Part shown: one piece after another, positions 63,722 through 64,000 of the stretch
Layout of the letters: every line of letters starts with the position of its first letter
Numbering within the stretch: position 1 is the first letter of the stretch
Assembly: GCF_018977255.1 (NCBI RefSeq)
Contig: NW_024704743.1
Location: 94,490,001-94,554,000 of the forward strand
DNA length: 64,000 nt
Reading direction: 5' to 3'
DNA from: Callorhinchus milii
Taxonomy: Eukaryota
Translations under genes and position numbers: made by a program
Notes under the pieces: generated by a model
The model's database searches: none
What the model saw: only the letters and a program-made list of their open reading frames with translations
What the model was told of the DNA's origin: nothing

Positions 63722-64000
63722 ATAATAATATTAATAATCCTTGCATATTAAATAGTGTCCTTCATATCAGGAGGAGTATCAAAACGCTTCATAGGATTTA
63801 CTGTAAAGTATTGTTTATTGTGTATGTGAACACAGACAATTTGCACACAGCAATGTCCTACAGCCTTGAAGTCAATGATTCATTTTATCTATTGGCCACT
63901 GGGAGAAACTCTCTTCTCTTGAAAGTAGTGTCATAGGATTCTTAACGTCCACCTGAACAGGCAGCTGGGATTTAACATCTTGGTTTTATATTTCATCTGT
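63722..64000 (-). mobile_element. Deu-domain SINE 3' part (runs off the window)
   Basis: Tail plus ttaacgtccacctgaacagg, the reverse complement of the Deu core. Confidence 0.8.

Overview
Vertebrate nuclear DNA, not prokaryotic. The repeat content (L2, CR1, Tx1 and Penelope retroelements, a tRNA-Ala-headed SINE, Deu-domain SINEs, AmnSINE2-like relics) points to a cartilaginous fish, probably a chimaera/holocephalan (inference from recalled family resemblance). The only gene-like signal is the 5' end of a minus-strand gene. It consists of a CpG island at ~5.7-7.75 kb with several minus-strand splice donors, an ATG exon ending at 4003 and a candidate 17-nt microexon at 1036-1052. Spliced, these give a signal-peptide-like N-terminus, MSQNCFNLLGTIILHIVWIAMLQ-; I could not identify the gene. 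The island contains a 14-unit composite minisatellite. The remaining ~56 kb is repeat-rich upstream DNA with no supportable host CDS, and the long ORFs in the track are retroelement fragments or low-complexity artefacts. I found no evidence of a new multi-gene system. The best second-look items are a SINE-Tx1 composite inside one target-site duplication, two young L2 copies sharing frameshifts, a perfect 48-bp fold-back inside a CR1, the promoter minisatellite, the microexon-split signal peptide and an isolated ~95-nt hairpin. Repeat boundaries were read by eye and are approximate (about +/-10-30 nt).
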